NCBI GenBank assembly: GCA_018004645.1
Contig: JAGNBV010000001.1
Location: 4,665 to 68,664, forward strand
From: Bacteroidales bacterium
GTDB lineage: Bacteria > Bacteroidota > Bacteroidia > Bacteroidales > CAIWKO01
DNA length: 64,000 bases
Direction: 5' to 3'
Every line of letters begins with the position of its first letter. The first letter of the stretch is position 1. Shown here one piece after another: positions 1 to 10,308 of this stretch. The notes under the pieces are model-generated. The model did not search any database, had not been told where the DNA came from, and saw only the letters and a program-made list of their open reading frames with translations. A program made the translations under genes and the position numbers.

Positions 1-1698
1 AGGGAAATTGATGCCCTCGGCGGAAAAACAGGTATAGTTACCGACCGTTCGATGATTCAATTCAGGATGCTGAATCGTTCAAAAGGCCCCGCTATGTGGA
101 GTCCCAGGGCGCAATGCGACCGGATGCTGTTTTCGGCTACCTGGCGCCAGGTGCTGGAAAATACGCCCGGACTGGATTTTTGGCAGGACGAAGTTCGAAA
201 AATATTAATAAAAAATCACAAGGTGCAGGGCGTTGAAACTCTGCTGGGAATTAAAATATTCGCCAAAGCCGTGATTCTGTCTTCCGGGACTTTTTTAAAC
301 GGATTGATGCATATCGGCGAGAAAAACTTTACCGGTGGACGTATGGGCGAAAAGGCTTCGGAAGGGTTGAGTGATCAACTGGTAAAAGCGGGCTTTAAAA
401 AGAAACGCCTGAAGACCGGAACCCCCGTGAGAATCGATGGCAGAACCGTTGATTTTAGTATGTTAACCGAACAAAAAGGTGACGAAATTCCGGGCAAATT
501 TTCTTTTACTGATACCGAAATGCTAAAGCAGCAAAAAAGCTGTTTTTTAGCTTATACCAATGAAAAAGTTCATGAAATCCTTAGCATGGGTTTTGATAAA
601 TCACCGCTTTTCAAAGGAAGAATTAAAGGAGTGGGCCCGCGCTATTGTCCATCGATAGAAGATAAAATCGTGCGATTTGCAGACAAAACACGTCACCAGC
701 TTTTTCTGGAACCTGAAGGGTGGAATACAGTGGAATATTACCTGAACGGATTCTCATCTTCACTGCCAGAAAAAACGCAACTTGACGCTCTTCACCATAT
801 AAAAGGTTTTGAAAAAGTCAAAATTTTCAAGCCGGGATATGCCATAGAATATGATTATTTTCCACCGGAACAGTTACACTATTCCCTGGAGACAAAGCTG
901 ATCGAAAACCTGTATTTTGCAGGCCAGATCAACGGAACAACCGGTTATGAAGAAGCCGCAGCACAAGGCCTTATGGCAGGGATAAATGCCTTTAATAAAT
1001 TAAACAAAAAACCTGAATTTATACTTAAAAGATCCGAGGCCTATATAGGCGTGCTGATCGACGACCTGATTACAAAAAGTATCGACGAGCCTTACCGCAT
1101 GTTTACTTCAAGGGCCGAGTACCGTATTTTACTGCGGCAGGATAATGCCGACCTGCGCCTGACAAAAACAGGTCATCAATTAGGGCTTATTTCTGACGAA
1201 CAAATGAGAAAGTTCAGAAGAAAAATTAAAAAATTGGACATCCTTCACGATTATATAAAAAAAGAAATCGTAAATCCGGAGGAGGTCAATAACTACCTGA
1301 CTCAGAAAAATACCCCGGAAATAAAACAAAAAACAAAATTGGTAAACATTCTTTTAAGACCGGAGGTGGATATTTTTTCGTTGATAACTTCAGTCGAAAA
1401 ATTGTTGCATTTTACCAGAGAAAAACGAATCAACGACAAAGAAATTTTTGAACAAATCGGCATACAAATTAAATACAGTTCGTATATCGAAAAGGAAAAA
1501 GAAATTGCCGATAAAATCGCAAAACTTGAAAATATTACCCTGAAAAAGGATTTTGATTATAAAAAAATTACTGCCTTATCAATGGAGGGCAGAGAAAAAT
1601 TATCTTTGCACAAACCCGGCACCATTGGTCAGGCCGCACGAATCAGTGGCGTTTCTCCTGCCGATATAACAGTGCTTTTGGTGTGCCTTGGACGATGA
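1..1698 (+). CDS. mnmG: tRNA uridine 5-carboxymethylaminomethyl modification enzyme MnmG (GidA), 5' end cut by window edge
   Basis: Frame 1 is open from base 1 (REIDALGGKTGIVTD...) into listed ORF 52..1698. GidA-family motifs GPRYCPSIEDK, FLEPEG, FAGQINGTTGYEEAAAQG, MFTSRAEYR and C-terminal GQAARISGVSPADI. Confidence 0.95.
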   Translation, partial: REIDALGGKTGIVTDRSMIQFRMLNRSKGPAMWSPRAQCDRMLFSATWRQVLENTPGLDFWQDEVRKILIKNHKVQGVETLLGIKIFAKAVILSSGTFLNGLMHIGEKNFTGGRMGEKASEGLSDQLVKAGFKKKRLKTGTPVRIDGRTVDFSMLTEQKGDEIPGKFSFTDTEMLKQQKSCFLAYTNEKVHEILSMGFDKSPLFKGRIKGVGPRYCPSIEDKIVRFADKTRHQLFLEPEGWNTVEYYLNGFSSSLPEKTQLDALHHIKGFEKVKIFKPGYAIEYDYFPPEQLHYSLETKLIENLYFAGQINGTTGYEEAAAQGLMAGINAFNKLNKKPEFILKRSEAYIGVLIDDLITKSIDEPYRMFTSRAEYRILLRQDNADLRLTKTGHQLGLISDEQMRKFRRKIKKLDILHDYIKKEIVNPEEVNNYLTQKNTPEIKQKTKLVNILLRPEVDIFSLITSVEKLLHFTREKRINDKEIFEQIGIQIKYSSYIEKEKEIADKIAKLENITLKKDFDYKKITALSMEGREKLSLHKPGTIGQAARISGVSPADITVLLVCLGR

Positions 1699-1721
1699 TG
1701 TTTCACGTGAAACTTTGAAAA

Positions 1722-2606
1722 ATGGAAAAATTAAATAATTGCCCCCTGTGTGGAAATAATGACCTTGAGAAACACTTGGAAACGGAAGATTATTTCCTTA
1801 CCCATGAGCGATTTACAATTGTAAAATGCCCCCATTGCGGGTTGCAATTTGTAAATCCAAGGCCATCCACAGATGAAATTGCTAAATATTATAAGTCCGA
1901 AAATTATATCTCGCATTCTACCCAACAAAAAGGGTGGCTGGATAAAATCTATGCCCGGGTAAGAAAGAAAAACCACCAGAAAAAATTCAAACTCATCAGT
2001 AAATACAAACAAGCGGGAGCTATTTTAGATATTGGATGCGCTACGGGGGAATTTCTTGATTTTTTTCAAAAAAAAGGGTGGAAGACGTGCGGCGTGGAAC
2101 CCAACGAAGATGCACGAAAGTTCGCGGCAGCAACCTATAATTTGGATGTTTCTGACGAAGCAGGGCTGGCACAATTAAAAGAAAAAACATTTGATGTGAT
2201 CTCCATGTGGCATGTTATGGAGCATGTGCATGATGTCAATGAAAGAGCTGCCCAGCTATACCGCCTGCTCAAATACGATGGCATAGCCGTAATTGCACTT
2301 CCCAATCCCAACAGCAAAGATGCCGCCCTGTACAAAAATTTTTGGGCGGGATATGACCTCCCCCGGCATCTTTTTCATTTTACTGCAAAAACAATAGAAA
2401 AACTATTCGATAAACATGGTTTTCGCCTAGTGGAAAAAATTCCAATGGTTTTTGATGCATTTTATATAAGTCTTGTGAGCGAAAAATACAAAACCGGAAA
2501 AACAAATCCGGTGAAAGCTTTTTTCCTGGGTGCACGATCTAATTTTTGGGCAAAACAAAATCACAACGAATTTTCAAGCATGATTTACGTTTTTGAAAAA
2601 AAATGA
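1722..2606 (+). CDS. class I SAM-dependent methyltransferase with N-terminal Cys4 zinc ribbon
   Basis: CPLCG...CPHCG pair followed by SAM motif I ILDIGCATGEF. 294 aa. Confidence 0.8.
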   Translation: MEKLNNCPLCGNNDLEKHLETEDYFLTHERFTIVKCPHCGLQFVNPRPSTDEIAKYYKSENYISHSTQQKGWLDKIYARVRKKNHQKKFKLISKYKQAGAILDIGCATGEFLDFFQKKGWKTCGVEPNEDARKFAAATYNLDVSDEAGLAQLKEKTFDVISMWHVMEHVHDVNERAAQLYRLLKYDGIAVIALPNPNSKDAALYKNFWAGYDLPRHLFHFTAKTIEKLFDKHGFRLVEKIPMVFDAFYISLVSEKYKTGKTNPVKAFFLGARSNFWAKQNHNEFSSMIYVFEKK

Positions 2607-2736
2607 CCTAAAATAAGCGCTTGTAATGTAAAAAAGCCCCATTATAATATCTTGGGCCGCCAAAACGAAAAAAATGCGTTATATTGACTAATTTTAAGCC
2701 GTTTTTTTTGAGTTTTTCTAAATTTTTTTACAAAAA

Positions 2737-5700
2737 ATGAAAAAAAATATTTCCAAACGTATTTTTTTTGTTGCTATAATTTTTTTGGTGTTGGTCACCC
2801 TCTGTGTTTTTAATAAGGAAAAAATTCTTAGCCTTCAATCGCGAAAAGATAAAATCATAAAAAAAGTTGAAAACCAGATTCAGCGAAAAGAAAAAATCGC
2901 AACAGAAATTATCGACGGCCTTTTTGACGATGCTAAAAAAAATGTTCCTGTCGATTTGTTTTCGGACGATCACCTCCTGAAAGTTTCAAAAGAAGAGGGA
3001 ATAACTTTTTTGAAATATGAAAATGACTCCCTGGTATTTTGGTCCGATAATTTTTTGCCGGCAACGCATTTTTTAGACAACGACATCCGGGATAAAAAAC
3101 TCCTGAAAAAAGATAATGGCTGGTATTATATACTGAAAAAGGAAAAAAATAAGGAATTCTGTGCTGCCGTCATTTTAATAAAAAACGCGTATAAGTACGA
3201 AAACGATTATTTACAAAATAAATTTAATCTCGGAAATGTAACCGATATCCCAGGAGTGGAGGTTTCCGAAAAGACAGACCAGAATTTCATACAAAATACT
3301 GCCGGAGAAAGAATTTTTTCGTTGACTTTCGACGATAATTTGTCCTATACCTTTTCTCAGCAAGTGTCGATCCTGCTGCTGTATTTTCTCGCCTTTATTT
3401 GTTTATTATATTTGCTGTTTCTGATTTTCCGGTATTTTTACGAAAAGGGGAAAATCAGCAAAACACTTATGGTGCTTGGGGTGGTGTTCTCAATGATTTT
3501 GTTGCGAGGCATTCTGTTTTATCTTAAACTCCCGGCGGCGGTGTATAAAACCGAAATTTTTGGGCCTATATTTTATGCCTCTTCCTCATTGTTGCCCTCT
3601 TTTGGCGATTTGTTGATCAATGCCGTATTATTCTTTATTATCGCAGTTTTTGTCTATAAAAGCACGCCCTTTAATAAAAATTTTGTAGTTAAAACATGGC
3701 AAAAAGCCCTGGCTGTGCCAGCCATTGTGATTTTCGTTACCTTGTTATTTCTGTATATAATAAAGCTGATACAGTCCATTGTGACAGATTCTACCATTTC
3801 TTACAATCTTGACCAGTTATTTTCCATTGACGGCTTGAGTATAGCCGGCCTGATTATTATTTCACTGTTGATTTTCTCTTATTTTCTTTTTTCGGCCGTA
3901 TTGTTTAATTATTGTTTACGGCTCAAAGTGCGTGCTGTGTATATTTTAGGCCCCGCCATAATATTTGCGGTAGTAACCTGTGCGGGAAATTTTCTCCAAT
4001 TAATTGAGTGTTGGCCGGCCACCCTTTGTTTTATTCTGTTTTGTACGGTATATTTATTATTCCGTAAAAAAAACCCTTACCAAATACCTTATCTCGAGAT
4101 AATCGCGTATTTATTGATCTTCACTTTTGCCACTTATTACACACTAAATGTTACTACCAAAAGTAAGGAACTTGAAAAACGCAAATCGCTCGCACACAAA
4201 ATATCTTCAGGAGAAGATCCGCTGGCCGAAAATATGTTTAAGGATGTCAGAAAACAAATCAGCAACGATGCTGCCTTAAAAATAAAATTGGCCGCCTATC
4301 CAAAAAGCGAAAACGATATCAGGGAGTACCTTACCAAAAAGTATTTTTCGGGTTATTGGGACAAATACAAAGTACAGATAACGGTATGTAATCCAAATGA
4401 CAGCTTGTTGCTGGAAGCCATGGCTGAAAAGCAAAACTGCAAATTGTTTTTTGATAATTTAGTAAAGAATTTTGGCGAAATGTCTTCCTGCCCGTCCCTG
4501 TATCTGCTAAACTACGGTACCGGAGGTAATAATTATCTGGCAACCATGGATTTTATGATCGACTCATCGCTGTTACATTTGTTTATTGAATTAAATTCCA
4601 AATTTATTCCCAAAGGCCTGGGATACCCTGAATTACTTATTGATAAAAAACTTTTTATCAACACCGACTTGTCTAATTATTCTTATGCGAAATATTACAA
4701 AAATGATTTGATCGATGCTTATGGAAAATATTATTATTCAATGGATTATGTCATAGATAGCGCGCTTTTTGTAAACGATGTGTATGTTTTTGACTACAAA
4801 GGATACAACCATTTATGTTATAAATCCGACGATTCGTCGGTGGTATGGGTTAGCAAAAAGAACAGAAACCTGCTCGATATTGTAGCCCCTTTTTCCATAT
4901 TATTTATTTTGTTTACCATCCTTGTGTTGCTATTCTATGTATTTGATAAAATAATACCCGGACGCAAAAATATCAGCCTGAATTTCAAGAACCGTTTGCA
5001 AGTGTCCATGGTGTCTATTCTATTGATTTCCTTTATGATAATAGGCGTGTCGACATTTTATTTTATTCGTAATCTGAACGATAATAAGAATATCGACCAG
5101 CTCAACGAGAAGTCTATGTCAATACTTATCGAGATCCAGAATAAAATTGGCAATATCGAAAACCTGGACGACGAACAACTTGCTTACCTCAACAGTTTAT
5201 TGGTGAACTTTTCCAACATATTTTTTACCGATATCAATGTATTTAATGCTCAGGGCTTTCTGGCGGCCACCTCGCGCCCACAAATCTTTTCCGAAGCCCT
5301 ATTGTCCGACAGGATGAATCCAACGGCCTTTAACCTGCTCAACGGTGAAAACAAGACCACATTCATTCATAAAGAGAATATTGGCGAACTGAAGTATTAT
5401 TCTGCCTATGTGCCATTTTTCGGAATGAACAATAATGTACTGTATTACATCAATTTACCATATTTTGCAAAAGAAAGCGAATTAAACAGGGAATTATCAT
5501 CTTTTCTTTCGGCATTTATCAATATATATGTGGTATTCATTGCATTAACAATAATAATTGCCTTGATTACCGGTAGCCGGATTACCCGCCCGCTCAATGT
5601 TATTAAGGAAAAAATCAGGAATGTGAAACTTGAGAAAAAGAACGAAAAAATTGTCTGGGAACGCAACGATGAGATAGGGGGCCTGATTTCAGAATACAAC

Positions 5701-6429
5701 CGCATGATTGACGAACTGGCCGAAAGTGCCGAAAAACTAAGCCGTTCCGAACGCGAAAGCGCCTGGAGGGTCATGGCCATGCAGGTGGCCCACGAGATAA
5801 AAAATCCGCTGACACCCATGAAACTCAGCATTCAGCACCTGGAAAGATCATGGAAAGATAAAACTCCTGACTGGGATGAAAAGCTGGAACGCTTTACCAA
5901 AAATATTATCGAACAAATTGATAATCTGTCCGCTATTGCTTCCGAATTTTCTTACTTTGCCAAAATGCCCAAACCGGTAAACGAAAAAATAAACCTTTCC
6001 GAACTGTTGACAAACTCGGTGTCGATTTTTATGGCCAATACGCACATTGACATCCTGTTCGAAAAAAACAAAATCCCCCGGGATTGTTTTGTTTTTGCCG
6101 ATAGAAATCAAATCATCCGTGTAATGAACAACATCCTGACCAATGCCATTCAGGCCATTGGAAAAGACCAAAACGGGTTTATCGAAATTGGTCTTAACAA
6201 ACTGGAAGAAAGGGCAGTAGTATTTGTGAGAGATAACGGCTCTGGGATTTCCGAAGAGATGAAGCCGCGGATTTTTACACCCAATTTTTCCACCAAGTCC
6301 GAAGGTATGGGACTGGGATTGGCCATAGTTAAGACTATCATTGAAAACTCAGGTGGCAAAATCTGGTTTGAATCCGAAGTGAAAAAAGGAACAACATTTT
6401 ACATAGAGCTTCCGCTTTATATTGAATAA
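2737..6429 (+). CDS. large multi-pass membrane sensor histidine kinase, no receiver domain
   Basis: C-terminal H-box VAHEIKNPLTPM. HATPase boxes NILTNAIQA, DNGSGI and GMGLGLAIVK. HAMP-like segment after a TM helix. The N-terminal ~900 aa has many hydrophobic helices. Confidence 0.85.
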   Translation: MKKNISKRIFFVAIIFLVLVTLCVFNKEKILSLQSRKDKIIKKVENQIQRKEKIATEIIDGLFDDAKKNVPVDLFSDDHLLKVSKEEGITFLKYENDSLVFWSDNFLPATHFLDNDIRDKKLLKKDNGWYYILKKEKNKEFCAAVILIKNAYKYENDYLQNKFNLGNVTDIPGVEVSEKTDQNFIQNTAGERIFSLTFDDNLSYTFSQQVSILLLYFLAFICLLYLLFLIFRYFYEKGKISKTLMVLGVVFSMILLRGILFYLKLPAAVYKTEIFGPIFYASSSLLPSFGDLLINAVLFFIIAVFVYKSTPFNKNFVVKTWQKALAVPAIVIFVTLLFLYIIKLIQSIVTDSTISYNLDQLFSIDGLSIAGLIIISLLIFSYFLFSAVLFNYCLRLKVRAVYILGPAIIFAVVTCAGNFLQLIECWPATLCFILFCTVYLLFRKKNPYQIPYLEIIAYLLIFTFATYYTLNVTTKSKELEKRKSLAHKISSGEDPLAENMFKDVRKQISNDAALKIKLAAYPKSENDIREYLTKKYFSGYWDKYKVQITVCNPNDSLLLEAMAEKQNCKLFFDNLVKNFGEMSSCPSLYLLNYGTGGNNYLATMDFMIDSSLLHLFIELNSKFIPKGLGYPELLIDKKLFINTDLSNYSYAKYYKNDLIDAYGKYYYSMDYVIDSALFVNDVYVFDYKGYNHLCYKSDDSSVVWVSKKNRNLLDIVAPFSILFILFTILVLLFYVFDKIIPGRKNISLNFKNRLQVSMVSILLISFMIIGVSTFYFIRNLNDNKNIDQLNEKSMSILIEIQNKIGNIENLDDEQLAYLNSLLVNFSNIFFTDINVFNAQGFLAATSRPQIFSEALLSDRMNPTAFNLLNGENKTTFIHKENIGELKYYSAYVPFFGMNNNVLYYINLPYFAKESELNRELSSFLSAFINIYVVFIALTIIIALITGSRITRPLNVIKEKIRNVKLEKKNEKIVWERNDEIGGLISEYNRMIDELAESAEKLSRSERESAWRVMAMQVAHEIKNPLTPMKLSIQHLERSWKDKTPDWDEKLERFTKNIIEQIDNLSAIASEFSYFAKMPKPVNEKINLSELLTNSVSIFMANTHIDILFEKNKIPRDCFVFADRNQIIRVMNNILTNAIQAIGKDQNGFIEIGLNKLEERAVVFVRDNGSGISEEMKPRIFTPNFSTKSEGMGLGLAIVKTIIENSGGKIWFESEVKKGTTFYIELPLYIE

Positions 6430-6636
6430 AGCGTTGAAAAACAATTAAATAGTATTAATAATAAACTCATGTTTGTACAAAGAAAACGTCAAGTTTGAGG
6501 CCTGCCCGACTGCGCCAGTCAGGCGAGCTTGCGAAGCGACAAAAAGCGGAGTTTACTGGTGTAAATGAGCATTTTTGTCGAAAGCGTAACCCTGCCTGAT
6601 GCAGGCGGGGAAAAAATTGGCGTTTTCTTACAAACA

Positions 6637-7659
6637 CTAAATATTGTTTTCAAACTGCTTCAGAAAACGGATGTCGTTTTCGGAAAAGAGCCGCAAGTCT
6701 TTAACGGTATATTTCAGATTGGTGATACGTTCGATACCCATTCCAAAAGCATAGCCCGTATAAACCTTGCTATCGATATTGCAGTTTTCGAGCACATTGG
6801 GGTCAACCATGCCACAGCCCAATATCTCAACCCAGCCGGTTTTTTTACACATAGGACATCCTTTTCCGCCGCATAATGTACAGGATATATCCATTTCGGC
6901 CGAAGGCTCGGTAAAAGGGAAATATGAAGGCCGTAAACGTATTTTAGTGTCGGCGCCAAACATTTCTTTTGAAAAGTAAAGCAGTGTTTGTTTTAAATCG
7001 GCAAAAGACACATTTTTATCGATATATAAGCCTTCCACCTGATTAAAAAAACAATGTGCACGCGCCGAAATGGCTTCGTTGCGGTAAACCCTGCCCGGCA
7101 TCAGGGCCCTCAGGGGTGGTTTTTGGTTCTGCATTAGCCGGACCTGTACAGAAGAAGTGTGTGTACGCAACACGATATCAGGATTTTGTTCAATAAAAAA
7201 GGTATCCTGCATTTCGCGCGCCGGATGGTCGGGCTGGAAATTAAGTGCCGTGAAATTGTGCCAGTCGTCCTCTATTTCGGGTCCGTCGGTTTCGGTAAAA
7301 CCTAATCTCGAAAAAATCTCAATAATTTCCTGGCGAATTATCGACATGGGATGGCGCGCACCATAGGCTCCGCTGGTAGAGTTGAGTGTCAGGTCCAAAG
7401 GCTTGATGTCCTGCTGGCCCTTCGCATCGAGTTCGTTTTTCAGGGTAGTGTATTTTTCGGAAGCCGCCTGTTTCAAAGAATTTAACAGTTTTCCCAACAC
7501 CTGTTTTTGTTGCGGGGGCTGGGCCTTGAATTCTTCGAAAAAAGCGTTGAGAATGCCGTTTTTTCCTAGGTATTTGATTCTGAATTGCTCAAGTTCGTCG
7601 GCTTTTGTTGTTGAAAATGAGGCTATTTCGTCAAGATGACTTTTTATTTTGTGTTCCAT
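6637..7659 (-). CDS. pheS: phenylalanine--tRNA ligase alpha subunit
   Basis: 340 aa. Class II aaRS motifs: HPMSIIRQEI, RPSYFPFTEPSAEMD, GFGMGIERI-like C-terminus. Confidence 0.95.
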   Translation of the reverse strand: MEHKIKSHLDEIASFSTTKADELEQFRIKYLGKNGILNAFFEEFKAQPPQQKQVLGKLLNSLKQAASEKYTTLKNELDAKGQQDIKPLDLTLNSTSGAYGARHPMSIIRQEIIEIFSRLGFTETDGPEIEDDWHNFTALNFQPDHPAREMQDTFFIEQNPDIVLRTHTSSVQVRLMQNQKPPLRALMPGRVYRNEAISARAHCFFNQVEGLYIDKNVSFADLKQTLLYFSKEMFGADTKIRLRPSYFPFTEPSAEMDISCTLCGGKGCPMCKKTGWVEILGCGMVDPNVLENCNIDSKVYTGYAFGMGIERITNLKYTVKDLRLFSENDIRFLKQFENNI

Positions 7660-7719
7660 TTTTGTAGTATTTTGCAGGTAATGCCGGCTTCAGAGAAAAG
7701 GATGTGTCTGGAGAAATGA

Positions 7720-8358
7720 TTATTTTATTTCAATAATTTCCATGGTAACATCCTCAACGGGTTTGTCGCCGGGTTGGGTTTTAACGGCAGCAATTTTGTT
7801 TATCACATCAAAACCTTCCACCACTTCGCCAAAAACGGTGTATGCGCCATCAAGATGCGGCGTGCCGCCAACGGTGGTGTAAGCGGTGCGTTCTTCCGCA
7901 GTAAACTTTTTGTTCATCTGCTGTTCAAAGAAGTCGAGGTCCTGGTTGGTGTAAACTTTTCCCTGGACGATATAGAACTGTGATCCCGAGGAGGCCCGGA
8001 GCGGATTAACCTGATCGGCGGTGCGTGCAGCCGCCAGGGCGCCGAATTTGTGGAAATGCTGCGGCAAAATTTCTGCAGGTACAGTATAGCCGGCATCTTC
8101 GGTGCCGCCTTTGGCTCCGCCGCCCTGAATCATAAACTTGTTGATGACGCGGTGAAAAATAGACCCGTTATAAAACCCGCTGTTTACCAGCTTGGTGAAA
8201 TTATCACGGTGCTGAGGAGTGTCGTTGTGCAGTTTCAGGGTAATATCTCCGTAAGTCGTTTTCAGTAAAAACTTTTTTTCGGATACCGCCTGGTCGCCCT
8301 GGCTAAAGGCAACAGACAACATAAACAAACACGAAAAGAAAATGATAATTTTTTTCAT
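7720..8358 (-). CDS. secreted cyclophilin-type peptidyl-prolyl cis-trans isomerase
   Basis: N-terminal signal peptide. Cyclophilin motifs FHRVINKFMIQGG, GSQFYIV and HLDGAYTVFGEV. Confidence 0.9.
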   Translation of the reverse strand: MKKIIIFFSCLFMLSVAFSQGDQAVSEKKFLLKTTYGDITLKLHNDTPQHRDNFTKLVNSGFYNGSIFHRVINKFMIQGGGAKGGTEDAGYTVPAEILPQHFHKFGALAAARTADQVNPLRASSGSQFYIVQGKVYTNQDLDFFEQQMNKKFTAEERTAYTTVGGTPHLDGAYTVFGEVVEGFDVINKIAAVKTQPGDKPVEDVTMEIIEIK

Positions 8359-8452
8359 AACGATAAATTTTGTAAATTTGTGTAGTTTTGTAACAAAATT
8401 GTTTTAATTTGCGTATTAATTTACGCAGAACAAAATTAAAAAAAATATAACA

Positions 8453-8818
8453 ATGAAAATATTTCTCCCTAAAAATGTCTTAGCCCTGTTATTAGTTGCA
8501 AGTTTGGGGGTTCTTGTTTTTTATGGCTGTAAAAAAGAAAGTACCGATTGTACGGCAATCATTCTTGCCAAACAACTCAACGATACGATGGTTGTGGTTT
8601 CTTATGCCGATATTATTATTGCCCCTCAGTATCAGGATGTACGTGTGGAAGGTAAGACAGACATTGCGGGCAGATTCGAACACGCATTTAAGTACGAAGG
8701 AATACTTGATGTCATTGTATTTAAACCCATCGAAGGCACTCCCGATTCTCTCATCGGAAGAGGCGTTATCCGCCTGAAACCGGGAGAAACAACCACCAAA
8801 ACAATCTTTTTAAAGTAA
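8453..8818 (+). CDS. hypothetical lipoprotein
   Basis: Signal peptide ending in the lipobox-like VFYGC. 121 aa. No family recognised. Confidence 0.55.
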   Translation: MKIFLPKNVLALLLVASLGVLVFYGCKKESTDCTAIILAKQLNDTMVVVSYADIIIAPQYQDVRVEGKTDIAGRFEHAFKYEGILDVIVFKPIEGTPDSLIGRGVIRLKPGETTTKTIFLK

Positions 8819-9406
8819 TTATCCTTTTTCCGCTTCCTTTATTGCTTTATTATAACAGCTTCTGCATAAAGGTTGATAGGTATCTGTTTCGCCCAGCAAA
8901 ACCAGTTTGTCGTTTTCTATCATCCGGTGCGAAACATGGGCCAGATCGCCACAGTGTAAACAAATAGCATGAACCTTGGTAACATATTCGGCGGTGGCCA
9001 GCAGGGCAGGCATAGGGCCAAAAGGGTTTCCAAGGTAGTCCATATCCAGGCCGGCCACAATAACACGGATACCTCTGTTGGCCAACATATTGCACACATT
9101 TACAATTTCGGCATCAAAAAACTGTGCCTCGTCGATGCCAACTACATCCACATCGGCGGTGAGTAAAAGTATTTGTGAGGCCGATTCCACCGGCGTGGAA
9201 TGTATCACATTTTCATCATGCGAAACCACGTTTTCAACATCATAACGCACATCTACCGCGGGCTTGAAAATCTCTACACGTTGCCGGGCATATTTGGCCC
9301 TTTTCAACCGGCGGATAAGTTCCTCGGTTTTTCCCGAAAACATCGACCCGCAAATGACTTCAATAAAGCCTTTTTTATGTGTTTCAACCGTTTTTTCAAT
9401 AAACAT
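8819..9406 (-). CDS. tdk: thymidine kinase
   Basis: Internal Met MFIEKT... of the 436-aa ORF. P-loop [18 protein letters not shown], and C-terminal zinc motif CLHCG...CRSC. The upstream 241 aa of the listed ORF are low-complexity and antisense to a better plus-strand ORF. Confidence 0.9.
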   Translation of the reverse strand: MFIEKTVETHKKGFIEVICGSMFSGKTEELIRRLKRAKYARQRVEIFKPAVDVRYDVENVVSHDENVIHSTPVESASQILLLTADVDVVGIDEAQFFDAEIVNVCNMLANRGIRVIVAGLDMDYLGNPFGPMPALLATAEYVTKVHAICLHCGDLAHVSHRMIENDKLVLLGETDTYQPLCRSCYNKAIKEAEKG

Positions 9407-9485
9407 CAGCGCAGCGTATTTATTTTTTATAATTTTATGCCTGTAAAATACTGCAAATTTAATATTAACCTTTAATTTTTCAACT

Positions 9486-10307
9486 ATGGCAATCAATCTT
9501 GTTACAGGAGAAATAAAAATAATTCTGGAAGAACTCACGGAACAATCAAATACTATCAGCCAATACGAAGGAAAAATTCCGCAGATCGAACTCGATATTA
9601 TCATGGCGAATATCCGAAAACTATATGAAAGGTATGGAGACCTCAATGAACTGAACAAAAAACCGCTTACTTCCAAGCCCATCAATGAACTGCCTGTAGC
9701 AGAGAAGCCCGTGCCGCAGCCTGCAGAAGACGACATTCCTGAAATAAAAATTACGGTAAATCCGCCCCAGGATTTATCCGCCCCGGTATCCGAAGAAAAA
9801 ACAGATTTATTTGACATAAAAAATGAGGACAGCGTCGAAAAACAGCCTGAAAAACAGCCCGAAGAAAAAGTTGAAAAAAAGATAGAGGAAAAAGCTCCCG
9901 AACCCGAACCGAAAAAGAAGCTAAAAACCGAAAAAGCAAAAACAGGCGACCTCTTTTCATTGGCCGACAAGGAAACCGTTGCCGACAAGTTTAAGGAAAC
10001 GGCACCGTCGGTTCTCGAAAAAATTTCAGCAGAAAAAAATGATAAAACGGTGGCCGAAAAAATTGGCAAATCTACAGTTACAAACCTGAAAAGCGCTATT
10101 GGCATTAATGATAAGTTTTTGTTTATCAATCAGTTATTTAAGGGCGACTTACAGGGATACAATAGGGCTATCGAAAAACTGAATGCCTGCACCACCATTG
10201 AAATGGCCACTACCGCCCTGGAGGAACTGCGAAGCGCCAACAACTGGGATAATGCCGATGAAGCCTATCAGAAACTTGAAGATCTTGTGATAAAAAAACT
10301 CCTTTGA
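9486..10307 (+). CDS. hypothetical protein with E/K/P-rich central linker
   Basis: 273-aa ORF diverging from tdk. Structured N- and C-termini ([16 protein letters not shown]...). No family recognised. Confidence 0.6.
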   Translation: MAINLVTGEIKIILEELTEQSNTISQYEGKIPQIELDIIMANIRKLYERYGDLNELNKKPLTSKPINELPVAEKPVPQPAEDDIPEIKITVNPPQDLSAPVSEEKTDLFDIKNEDSVEKQPEKQPEEKVEKKIEEKAPEPEPKKKLKTEKAKTGDLFSLADKETVADKFKETAPSVLEKISAEKNDKTVAEKIGKSTVTNLKSAIGINDKFLFINQLFKGDLQGYNRAIEKLNACTTIEMATTALEELRSANNWDNADEAYQKLEDLVIKKLL

Positions 10308-10308
10308 T

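Noticed and set aside
6565-6979. Plus-strand ORFs antisense to pheS
   Set aside because: They lie entirely within the well-supported pheS coding region on the other strand.
9407-10129. N-terminal 241 aa of the 436-aa minus-strand ORF, which would give a long tdk fusion
   Set aside because: The sequence is low-complexity and S/F-rich. It is antisense to a better plus-strand ORF (9486-10307). Thymidine kinase is complete from the internal Met at 9406.
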